From: Pseudonocardiales bacterium
GTDB lineage: Bacteria > Actinomycetota > Actinomycetes > Mycobacteriales > Pseudonocardiaceae
Reading direction: 5' to 3'
Assembly (NCBI GenBank): GCA_023252195.1
Contig: JAHEXI010000008.1
Span: 96,980 to 160,979, forward strand
Length of the DNA: 64,000 bases
The notes below the pieces were generated by a model. It ran no database searches. It was not told the origin of the DNA and saw nothing but the letters and a program-made list of their open reading frames with translations. Positions 56,596 to 64,000 of this stretch are shown in pieces; position 1 is the first letter of the stretch; the number at the start of each line of letters is the position of its first letter. The position numbers and the translations under genes were made by a program.

Positions 56596-57456
56596 TCATA
56601 CCCAGTAGGAGACTCGGGCCCGGTAGTTGCGCAGGATCAGTAGTGCTGCCGCCCACCCCACCACAGTGATGGCCAAGGTCACCACCCAGTGCCGGGGTTC
56701 GAACGACTGACCGATCATCGGGCGTCGCAGGATCTCGACGAAGTGCAGGAACGGGTTGAGCTCGGCCAGCCGGGCCCGCTCCGCTCCCGGACCGCCCTTG
56801 CTGATCAGATCCTGGTAGTTCCAGACGATCGGCGTCATGAAGAACATCAGGGTGACGACGCTGGTGGTCACCGGGGGGATGTCGCGGTAACGGGTCGCAA
56901 TGATCCCGATCAGGATCGCCACCCAGGCCCCGTTGAGCACGATCACCGCCAATGCCGGCAGCGCCATCAGGCTGCCCCACCCCAGGTGCGTTCGGAAAAT
57001 CACCACCAGGGCCGCCCAGACCAGCACGTTATGCCCGAAGAACAGCAGTTGTCGCCAGACCAGCCGGAACACATGCACACTCAGCGGCGCGGGCAGATGC
57101 TTGATCAGGCCCTCGTTGCGGATGAAGACCTCGGCGCCTTCGTTGATGCAGCTCGCCATGAACTGCCAGATAATCAGCCCGACGGCCAGGTAGGGCAGGA
57201 AGAACGCGATCGGTTGACCGAACAGTGCCGCATAGAGCAGCCCCATACCCAGCGCCTGGACTCCCAGGCTGATCGTGATCCACAACGGTCCGATCACCGA
57301 GCGCCGGTAACCCTGCCTGATGTCCTGCCAGCCCAGATGGCCCCACAGCCGACGTTGCTGCCAGCCGGCCCGCAGATCACCGAATGCCCGAGACCAGCTC
57401 CGGGATGACAGCGCCCGGTCCGCGGTGATCTCCGGTGCCGCTGCGGTGTACTGCAT
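56596..57456 (-). CDS. rfbD: ABC-2 type transporter permease (Wzm/RfbD-type)
   Basis: ATG 57456 gives 286 aa with 6 TM helices (..YRRSVIGPLWITISL..). The longer ORF (to 58050) reads through repeat A5 and is rejected. Confidence 0.85.
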   Translation of the reverse strand: MQYTAAAPEITADRALSSRSWSRAFGDLRAGWQQRRLWGHLGWQDIRQGYRRSVIGPLWITISLGVQALGMGLLYAALFGQPIAFFLPYLAVGLIIWQFMASCINEGAEVFIRNEGLIKHLPAPLSVHVFRLVWRQLLFFGHNVLVWAALVVIFRTHLGWGSLMALPALAVIVLNGAWVAILIGIIATRYRDIPPVTTSVVTLMFFMTPIVWNYQDLISKGGPGAERARLAELNPFLHFVEILRRPMIGQSFEPRHWVVTLAITVVGWAAALLILRNYRARVSYWV

Positions 57457-57537
57457 GGTCCGCGAGGGTACCCGTGCGGTCTCCGGACCCCCGGCCTGCG
57501 GGTGCGCCAGCCGCTGCCCGCGCCCGGTCCACCAAGC

Positions 57538-57601
57538 TTCCCGAACTCCACAGCGGAGCTGTCCGACGTTGATCAAACAGCGCTGCTGTGGAGTTCGGGA
57601 C
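57538..57601. repeat. Family-A 64-bp palindromic element, copy A5
   Basis: CTTCCCGAACTCCACAGCGGAGCTGTCC-11 nt-ACAGCGCTGCTGTGGAGTTCGGGAC lies 82 nt upstream of the rfbD start. Confidence 0.85.
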
Positions 57602-57649
57602 ACCCAGAGTTCGGGGGACGCAGGGCACGCGAGTGCGGAGGGGGGAACT

Positions 57650-58122
57650 TTGCGCTTGGGTACCACGGTCGTCTCGGCGTTCAGCGCGCTGACGGTCGCG
57701 GCACTGGGACCCGGTGTCGCCCCGGGCGGCGCCGCTGCGCAGACGACGTCGACGTTCCAGCAGCGGCGACCCACGTCACGGCGGCGGCCGTGGTCGCGGC
57801 CTCCGCGGTGGTGGAGAAGTGCCCGCGGGCGGGCGGCAACTCGCTGGTGTCTTCGGCGAACACCGCCTATCCGGCGCACCCGGATGACGTGCAGCGCTTC
57901 TGCCGGTATCTGACCGAGGTCTGTGATAGCACTACTTCGGCTGAGGTGGTCGAGGCCTACGTCCAAGGGTTGGTCCAGCTGCCGGGGTGGCTGACCGGCC
58001 TGCCCGGTGGACGGCCACGGGGCTGCTCGCTGGCGGGTGCTGGTCAGCACCGCGCCGCCGGCTTGCTTTGCTTCCCAAATCGGGCCGGTGTCCAGGAGGT
58101 CAGCGCCTCCTCGCTCTGCTAA
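57650..58122 (+). pseudogene. Small secreted Cys-rich protein, apparently frameshifted near 57725-57745
   Basis: TTG 57650 lies 5 nt after GGAGGGGGG. Signal peptide LRLGTTVVSAFSALTVAALGPGVAPGGAAAQ is in one frame. The high-GC3, protein-like continuation DDVDVPAAATHVTAAAVV...EKC..RFC..EVC... is in another frame, ending at 58122. Confidence 0.35.
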
Positions 58123-58184
58123 CGGGAGTGTTGAACAGCTGCTAACGGATTTTTTGGCCGGCTGCTAATGGGCGGGCTCCTCGT
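58116..58184. repeat. Three phased direct repeats CTGCTAAYGG with an exact 23-bp period
   Basis: Copies at 58116, 58139 and 58162, between or overlapping the convergent 3' ends. A T6 run lies in unit 2. Confidence 0.5.
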
Positions 58185-59409
58185 TGACGTCGAGGTCGGG
58201 TTGTTCGGCGTAGCTGAAGGTGATGGGGGCGACCTCGGTGCGCGGGTGGTACGAGGGGTCGAGCCGGACGAGGTCCCACTCGTTGATCCAGGCCCGCACG
58301 TACTGGCGCATCCGGGTGGTGCCCAGGCGTTCCAAGCCGGTCACCTCCGGGGCGTTCCAACCGAATGCCTCGGAGTGCAGGGCCTTGAGCCGCTGGTAGG
58401 CGTAGTCGAGCTCGTCGGCGTCGGGGGTGGTGAGCAGCAGCATGTCGCGCTCGATCAGACCCATGGCGGTCTGCGCCCGGGTGGCGATCTCGTCCCATTC
58501 GGCTACCTGCTTGGCGCGCAGCTTCGCCGGGACCACCTCCCGGTCGTTCTTCGCCGTGAGCACCGCGGCGTCGAAGTCGTCGGTCATGGCCAGCACGGTC
58601 GCCAGCGGCGACGCGGGGTCGTCAGTGTCGGGTTGCAGCCACTGGGCCAGCTCGGCGTAGGAGCGGCCGCGTTGCTGCAAGGTGTAGCGCCCGATCAGCT
58701 CGACCTCGTCGAACAGCAGTACCCAGCCCTCGCAGCCGGCGGTGACGAGCAGCCGGGCCAGGAAGCGGAATCGCTGACGGGCCAGCTCCCGCGCGGGCAC
58801 CGGGGCCAGCGCCGGACGTCCCAGCCCGGCGAACTTGGCGTGCCGGCGTACTTCAGCGACGGCCAGACGATCCCCGGACCAGAACCTGACGATCGCGTCG
58901 GCGAAGTTGTCCTCGCTGGCCTGCACCCGCGGGAACAGGGTCAGCGTCAAGGGAAACCACTCGTCGACCGGGGCGCCGGCGCCACCGGCCCAGCGCACCA
59001 GCTCGGCGAAGGCCACGCCGTCGGGATCCAGGCCTGCGGCTGCCTCGGCCATCGCGCCGACCGACCCGTCGGGCAACACCGCGGATTCCACCGCGGCGCG
59101 CAGCACCTTGGCCGGGTCGTGCAGCGGCGTCTCCTTGCTGACCACGATGCGGCTCACCGCGTACCCGCGGTCCAGGGCCAGGTGGGTCAGGTGTTCCAGG
59201 ACGTGGCTCTTGCCCGCGCCGAACCCGCCACCGAGCAGCAGCCCCCGTGGTCCGGAGCGGACCTGACCGATCCCGTCGATCAAGGTGGTGAACCGGTCCT
59301 CGATGTCGGACTGGCCGCTGCCCAGCGCGGTCACCGCGTCCCTGCTGGGCACCCCCGCCCGCAGGGCCTCGACCGCGCGCCGCGCGGTGAGCCGGACCGA
59401 CGTATTCAT
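58165..59409 (-). CDS. DUF2791/BrxC-BrxD(PglY)-type P-loop ATPase (third gene of orphan cassette)
   Basis: ARRAVEALRAGVPSRDAVTALGSGQ.., Walker A LLLGGGFGAGKSHVLEHL and Walker B GWVLLFDEVELIG. 414 aa. ATGA overlap with the upstream gene. Confidence 0.7.
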   Translation of the reverse strand: MNTSVRLTARRAVEALRAGVPSRDAVTALGSGQSDIEDRFTTLIDGIGQVRSGPRGLLLGGGFGAGKSHVLEHLTHLALDRGYAVSRIVVSKETPLHDPAKVLRAAVESAVLPDGSVGAMAEAAAGLDPDGVAFAELVRWAGGAGAPVDEWFPLTLTLFPRVQASEDNFADAIVRFWSGDRLAVAEVRRHAKFAGLGRPALAPVPARELARQRFRFLARLLVTAGCEGWVLLFDEVELIGRYTLQQRGRSYAELAQWLQPDTDDPASPLATVLAMTDDFDAAVLTAKNDREVVPAKLRAKQVAEWDEIATRAQTAMGLIERDMLLLTTPDADELDYAYQRLKALHSEAFGWNAPEVTGLERLGTTRMRQYVRAWINEWDLVRLDPSYHPRTEVAPITFSYAEQPDLDVNEEPAH

Positions 59410-60413
59410 CGAACCACCTCCAGGCGGGTCTCCAGCCGGACCAGCGCGGCGAACGGGTTGGCGCGGCGGCGGTCCCGGATCTCGTCGACGACCCGCAGGT
59501 GCAGGGCGCTGTAGGCGGGCAGGCCACGGGTGTCGTCAGTGACCAGCTCAGGTGGCACCGTCACCGCGACGAACGCGCTGCGCAGGTTGTCGGTGGCATC
59601 GACGAGCTGGCGCAGCACCTCGTAGGCATCGAGCACTGCGGCCTTGCTGTAGTAGTGGCCGGCGCGCTGTTCCAGCGGGGGGCGGCGGGCAACTGCGAGC
59701 CGGCTCAGGTCGACGTCCAGTACCAGGCCCGACCCCGTGACGCGGGCCCGCCACGCCGCCAGCGACACCAGCAGCGACCGCGCGTTGTGCCGGGCGACCC
59801 GCCCGTACAGGGTTGCGGACTTCAGCATCCGCAGTGCGACCGGCTCGACCCGCAGCCAGGCCAGCACCGCATCGCGTTCGGTGTCGAGGACGTCGCCGGT
59901 GGCGAGCTCGCACTGGCACAGCCGCAATACCGCCAGCCGGAACTCCCGGTCCAGCGACGGGTCGCGCAGCAACGCGGCCTCCAGGTGCCGGCGCATGCTC
60001 CGGGCAGCCTCCGGCACGGCGACGTCGTGGTGCGCGGCGACCGTGGCCACCGCCAGCTCGTCAGGCGCGGACGGGGGCAGACCCAGCGATTCCCACCCGG
60101 CGCGCACCTGGCGTCGTGCGAGATCGCACCAGTCGACCTGGCGGGCGACGGCGGCGAAGACCTGATCGATCAGGTGCACCCGGTGATCCGCCGCGTCCAC
60201 CGCGACGCACAGGTAGCCCTCTGCGTCGGCGATGGACGCCAGGCTGCGGTGCCAGCGAACCGCAACCTCGTCGCTGCCGGCCACGACGAAGCGCACCGCG
60301 GCCCCGCCAGCGCGGACGTAGTCGCCCAGGTACTCCTTGGCCACGAATTCGGCGTACTCCTCGGGTCCCAACCCGATCCCGCCCGCAGGCAGGCCGCCAC
60401 GGATCTCGCTCAC
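59406..60413 (-). CDS. Hypothetical protein, apparent Walker-A-less paralog of the adjacent ATPase (second gene of cassette)
   Basis: 335 aa. AVRFVVAGSDEVAVRW..AEGYLCVAVDAA..VHLIDQVFAAVA aligns by eye to the ..LLLGGGFGAGKSH..DRGYAVSRIVVS..LHDPAKVLRAAV core of the ATPase. GLVLDVDLS sits at the Walker-B position. GTGA overlap upstream. Confidence 0.55.
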   Translation of the reverse strand: MSEIRGGLPAGGIGLGPEEYAEFVAKEYLGDYVRAGGAAVRFVVAGSDEVAVRWHRSLASIADAEGYLCVAVDAADHRVHLIDQVFAAVARQVDWCDLARRQVRAGWESLGLPPSAPDELAVATVAAHHDVAVPEAARSMRRHLEAALLRDPSLDREFRLAVLRLCQCELATGDVLDTERDAVLAWLRVEPVALRMLKSATLYGRVARHNARSLLVSLAAWRARVTGSGLVLDVDLSRLAVARRPPLEQRAGHYYSKAAVLDAYEVLRQLVDATDNLRSAFVAVTVPPELVTDDTRGLPAYSALHLRVVDEIRDRRRANPFAALVRLETRLEVVR

Positions 60414-61300
60414 CCTGTGTCCTCCTCACCCCGACCGGACTCACTGCCGGTAGGGCCCGACTCGACCGCGATGCCCCAGTACCGCTGTTGCTGCCCGCTC
60501 ATGGCCACCGTGGTGAGTACACCGGCCTGGCGGGTGCCCGAACTCGCAGCCCAGCGCAGCCGCCGCCCGCCGGGACCGGCGGTCTCACCGCTCTGGTCGA
60601 GCAGGTACAGATCGCGGGCGAACTCGGCGCGGGTGTAGTCCCGGGACTGCCCGGGCAGCAGCGTCAGAGCGTTGTAGACCTCAAGCAGCCGCACCACCGA
60701 GCCCGGCGGCTTGGCCTGCCCGGCGACGACGAGATCGTAGGCGCCGACCAGGCTCGCCAGGAACGGCGCCGGCTTGAACCGGGGCCCGGCCCGCTGTGCC
60801 TTGGCGAGCTGTGCGACCACGACCGATGGTCGGATCCCGCGGGCCCGCTTGCGGTCGATCTCCAGCGCGAGGTCGCCGGGCAGCACCCGCACGATCGACG
60901 GGTAGCACAGCAGCCGGTCGTCCTCGGCGAACATAGCGACGTCCGCGGCTTCGGCCTCGGCGAGCAGCTCCTTGGCGTAAGCACCAGAGCCGAGCATGTC
61001 GACTTCGTCGACGTCGTAGGCAGTGGCCGCAGCGCCCACTCGCTGCACGACCTCACCGGCCATCGCCTGCACCGCGTCCAGGGCCCGGCGCAACTCCCTC
61101 ACCTGGCCCGACGCGGCCGCAGCGTGGGCCCGCTTCAGCTCGCGAGTCAGCGAGGCGACGGCCTTGCTGCTGGTCTCCACCGCACGCTCCACCCTGGTGA
61201 GCGCGCCCTCCAGACCGGCCGTGTCCTGGCTGCTGCTTGCTTCCTCGTCCTGCATGGGCGACAGGGTATCCACCAGCTCGCCGCACGATGCCCCGCCCAC
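60410..61300 (-). CDS. Hypothetical coiled-coil protein (first gene of cassette)
   Basis: 281-296 aa (GTG 61300 or ATG 61255). The N-terminal helical/coiled-coil half reads LTRVERAVETSSKAVASLTRELKRAH... The C-terminal half is globular (..VVRLLEVYNALTLLPGQSRDYTRAEFARDLYLL..). I recognise no family. Confidence 0.55.
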   Translation of the reverse strand: MGGASCGELVDTLSPMQDEEASSSQDTAGLEGALTRVERAVETSSKAVASLTRELKRAHAAAASGQVRELRRALDAVQAMAGEVVQRVGAAATAYDVDEVDMLGSGAYAKELLAEAEAADVAMFAEDDRLLCYPSIVRVLPGDLALEIDRKRARGIRPSVVVAQLAKAQRAGPRFKPAPFLASLVGAYDLVVAGQAKPPGSVVRLLEVYNALTLLPGQSRDYTRAEFARDLYLLDQSGETAGPGGRRLRWAASSGTRQAGVLTTVAMSGQQQRYWGIAVESGPTGSESGRGEEDTG

Positions 61301-61384
61301 ATGCCTGAGTTGAGATTGCCGCTCGACGCGGGGTCTTCGGCAGCGTCGCCCCGAGATCGTCGGGGTGCGCCGAAGACGGTCGCT

Positions 61385-61449
61385 GCCGTGAACTCGACGG
61401 TACCGACATTTCGCTGGGCGAAAAGGTACGTATTGTCGAGTTCACGGCA
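61385..61449. repeat. Family-B 65-bp palindromic element, copy B4
   Basis: GCCGTGAACTCGACGGTACCGAC-19 nt-GTACGTATTGTCGAGTTCACGGC lies in the divergent spacer between the cassette and the CocE-like gene. Confidence 0.8.
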
Positions 61450-61541
61450 ATTGGGTACCGGGAGGTGTTTCTCAGCGGCGGCGCGAGTTACTCGATAGGG
61501 CGACCGAACGCATAGCGTTTGACGGTGCGGGTAGTCGGCTG

Positions 61542-63497
61542 GTGCCGTGCTTGCCGACGTCGGGGGGTCGATCTGTGGTGAGACGGGTCAGCAGGTCTGT
61601 GGGGCGCGCGGGGACGACCCTGGCCAGCTTCGCTCTGGTAGCGGGTCTGCTGGCGTGCTCCGGTCCCAGCGGTGGCATGGGGTGGCCGCCGAGCACCGGG
61701 GCGGGGCCATGCCAGGTGACCAAACAGGCCGACGTGCCAGCGCGGATGCGTGATGGAATCGTGCTCAAGGCCGATGTCTACCGGCCTGCGGTACACGAGG
61801 CAGTGCCGGTGATTCTAATGCGCACCCAGTACGGCAAGGCCGGCGCGGACATCCAACCATCCCGGCTCCAGACGCCGTCCTGGTTCGCCTCGCAGTGCTA
61901 CCTGGTCGTGGTGCAGGACATCCGCGGCCAGGGTGCTTCCGGCGGGACCTTCTACGAGTACGCGAACGACGCCGACGACGGCTACGACACCGTGGAGTGG
62001 GCCGCAGCGCTGCCGGGCTCGAACGGCAAAGTCGGCATGTACGGCACGTCGTATGTAGGCGCCACCCAGTGGCTGGCGGCGATCCGTACTCCACCGCACC
62101 TGGTCACGATCGTGCCGACGAACACCTCATCGGACTACTACCAGAACTGGACCTATGAGGACGGCGCGTTCCGGCTGGCGTTCATCGAACCGTGGACGAT
62201 GGGCTCGATCGCGCGCAGCGCGGCCCGCCAGCGCGGCGACCTGACGACTGTCGCCGAGTTGACCGAGGCGGTGCACAACGCGGCGAGCTGGGAGCACTAC
62301 CGGCCCTACGCCAGCTTCCCACCGCTACACCCGGACGACCCGGCGGTGGCGCCGTACTTCTTCGACGCGATCCGACACCCGACCTACGACGAGTACTGGA
62401 AGCGCTGGAGCATCCGCGGGCACTACGACCAGGTGACGGTCCCGGTGTTGCACTTCGAGGGCTGGTACGACGCCTTCCTGGCCGGCGGGGTGGAGAACTT
62501 CGCCGGGATGGTCGCCCACGGCGCAACGGCTGCGGCACGCGCCGGGCAACGGATCGTCATCGGGCCGTGGGACCACATCGGCTGGGGTCGGCCCGGCAGT
62601 ATCGAGGCGCCGATGCTCAAGGACATCGGCCCGGTCGCCAACAGTCCGATCAACGAGCTGATGCTGGCCTGGTTCGACCACTACCTCAAAGGCCAACCCA
62701 GTGGCGTGGCCGGGTCCGGGCCGACCGTGGACTACTTCGAGATGGGTGCTAACCGGTGGCGATCCAGCACCGCCTGGCCGGTGCCGGGCACCCGATTCAC
62801 CCGCTACTACCTGGGCTCGGGTGGGCACGCGAACACCTCCATCGGGAACGGCACGCTGTCGGCGCAGGCACCCGGAGCCGGCGGCCCGACCGACACCTAC
62901 CGCTACGACCCGTCTGATCCGGTACCCAGCGTCGGCGGGCACTCCTGCTGCGCGGCGATTTCCGGCCCGCAGGGTCCCTACGATCAGGGACCGGTCGAGC
63001 AACGTCCGGACGTGCTCGTCTACACCACTGCGCCGCTGACCGAAGACACCGAGGTGACCGGACCGATCACGGTCACCCTGTATGCGGCGACCTCCGCACC
63101 GGACACCGACTTCACCGCCAAGCTGGTGGCCCTGCGCGCGGACGGGACCGCGCTGAACCTGAACAATGGCATCCAGAATGCCCGGTTACGGACCTCACTG
63201 GAGCGTGCCGAACCGGTCATCCCTGGCCAGATCAACGAGTACACCATCCACGTGTGGCCGACCAGCTACCTGTTCCCTGCCGGGAGCCGGATCCGGCTGG
63301 AGATCTCCAGCAGCGACTTCCCGCAGTTCGCGCCCAACCCGAACACCGGTCAGCCCTTCGGCACCGACGCAACCTGGCAGGCGGCCGACCAGACGATCTA
63401 CCACGATCCCGCCCACCCGTCCTCCGTGCTGCTGCCGATCGTGCCGCCTGACGACCCAGCCGTGCACACCTCAGCCACCTTCCCGATAGACGAGTAG
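61542..63497 (+). CDS. CocE/NonD-family alpha/beta hydrolase (X-Pro dipeptidyl-peptidase S15-like), lipoprotein signal
   Basis: Lipobox LLACSG. Has MRDGIVLKADVYRP, RTQYGK, VVVQDIRGQGASGG and GMYGTSYVG (nucleophile GxSYxG), plus a C-terminal jelly-roll (..YHDPAHPSSVLLPIV). 651 aa. Confidence 0.85.
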   Translation: MPCLPTSGGRSVVRRVSRSVGRAGTTLASFALVAGLLACSGPSGGMGWPPSTGAGPCQVTKQADVPARMRDGIVLKADVYRPAVHEAVPVILMRTQYGKAGADIQPSRLQTPSWFASQCYLVVVQDIRGQGASGGTFYEYANDADDGYDTVEWAAALPGSNGKVGMYGTSYVGATQWLAAIRTPPHLVTIVPTNTSSDYYQNWTYEDGAFRLAFIEPWTMGSIARSAARQRGDLTTVAELTEAVHNAASWEHYRPYASFPPLHPDDPAVAPYFFDAIRHPTYDEYWKRWSIRGHYDQVTVPVLHFEGWYDAFLAGGVENFAGMVAHGATAAARAGQRIVIGPWDHIGWGRPGSIEAPMLKDIGPVANSPINELMLAWFDHYLKGQPSGVAGSGPTVDYFEMGANRWRSSTAWPVPGTRFTRYYLGSGGHANTSIGNGTLSAQAPGAGGPTDTYRYDPSDPVPSVGGHSCCAAISGPQGPYDQGPVEQRPDVLVYTTAPLTEDTEVTGPITVTLYAATSAPDTDFTAKLVALRADGTALNLNNGIQNARLRTSLERAEPVIPGQINEYTIHVWPTSYLFPAGSRIRLEISSSDFPQFAPNPNTGQPFGTDATWQAADQTIYHDPAHPSSVLLPIVPPDDPAVHTSATFPIDE

Positions 63498-63534
63498 CGC
63501 GAGCGCCGCGCGAGCCGGCCAGTGACGGGGGCCG

Positions 63535-64000
63535 TCATGCGCTCACACTGTGGATCGCGGCGGCGGCAACGACTTCGGCAAGGCTTCCGCCGCGCCGCCA
63601 CACCGCGCGCTGCAGCGCCGAACCGTTGCCTCGGCCGAACACTGTGTCGGTGAGGTCCTGGACAGCGGCAACCTCGCCGAAGTCTTCGAGGGCCGGTGTG
63701 ACGTGCTCGATCAGCGCCCGCACCACACACCGAGCCGGAGCGGGCTGGCCGTCTGCACCGATGAGACTGCCGTCGAGGCCGGATCGGGCGGACCGCCACC
63801 CCGCCAGGCGAAGCAACTCCACTCGCATCGGAGTCGGGGGCTGGTCCTGCCGCCACGCTCGGGCCGCGGTTTCTACCAGTGCTCTGGTCAAGCCAGCAAC
63901 CAGGACCGCGTCGTCGGAGTGCAGACAAACATCGGCCACCCGCACCTCGACCGTGGGATAGTTGTGGGACAGGCGAGCGTTGAAGTAGATCATTGCTTCG
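63535..64000 (-). CDS. Carboxylate-amine ligase YbdK / GCS2 family, C-terminal part (5' end outside window)
   Basis: YFNARLSHNYPTVEVRVADVC... is the GCS2 motif. The frame is open to the window edge. Confidence 0.7.
   Translation of the reverse strand, partial: EAMIYFNARLSHNYPTVEVRVADVCLHSDDAVLVAGLTRALVETAARAWRQDQPPTPMRVELLRLAGWRSARSGLDGSLIGADGQPAPARCVVRALIEHVTPALEDFGEVAAVQDLTDTVFGRGNGSALQRAVWRRGGSLAEVVAAAAIHSVSA

Noticed and set aside
56596-58050. Full 484-aa ORF for the ABC-2 permease.
   Set aside because: The N-terminal 198 codons read through repeat A5 and low-complexity sequence. The homologous permease core starts at ATG 57456 (286 aa, matching the RfbD/Wzm size).
58116-58184. Possible CRISPR array (phased repeats).
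   Set aside because: There are only three 10-bp motifs with 13-bp spacers, far too short for CRISPR repeats or spacers. No cas genes are present.
60530-60560. Extra family A copy (GCCCGAACTCGCAGCCCAGC) inside the first cassette gene.
   Set aside because: There is only a 10-12-nt partial match with no partner arm, which is compatible with chance.

Overview
High-GC (about 70%) actinobacterial chromosome segment, on both strands almost fully coding, from an organism with a Mycobacteriales/Pseudonocardiales-type cell wall. The backbone is an arabinogalactan biosynthesis super-cluster. It contains glf-glfT2-PAP2 phosphatase-ubiA (decaprenyl-phosphate phosphoribosyltransferase), dprE1-dprE2, four Emb-type GT-C arabinosyltransferase paralogs, a GtrA-like protein and glfT1-rfbE-rfbD. 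A second locus (17.9-26.5 kb) holds a GlfT2 paralog with a flippase, a large polytopic membrane protein, an epimerase, two GT2 enzymes and a DUF2304 protein. The left 17 kb is housekeeping or miscellaneous: SDR, pyrE, TrmH, GH76, an aminotransferase, VOC, RibD_C, a frameshifted XRE regulator, a PIMT-like methyltransferase, a 5'-truncated GtfB-like GT1, HAD, a ferritin-like/cupredoxin operon, a His-rich micro-protein, a TPM protein, a DUF222-HNH protein and a SnoaL-like protein. The cell-wall cluster is interrupted by small accessory islets: HelD plus an MFS pump, a CPA1 antiporter plus VapBC, a DUF559 endonuclease-like gene, and an orphan three-gene ATPase cassette. Two related families of about 64-bp palindromic repeats occur at 9 loci. 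They sit at the islet borders, contribute stop or start codons to neighbouring ORFs, and in one case lie in-frame inside an Emb gene. The three-gene cassette at 58.2-61.3 kb is my best candidate for an undescribed system. It combines a BrxC/BrxD-type P-loop ATPase, a Walker-less paralog and a coiled-coil protein. I found no rRNA, tRNA, CRISPR array, transposase or integrase. All family assignments come from reading the translations by eye, with no database search.
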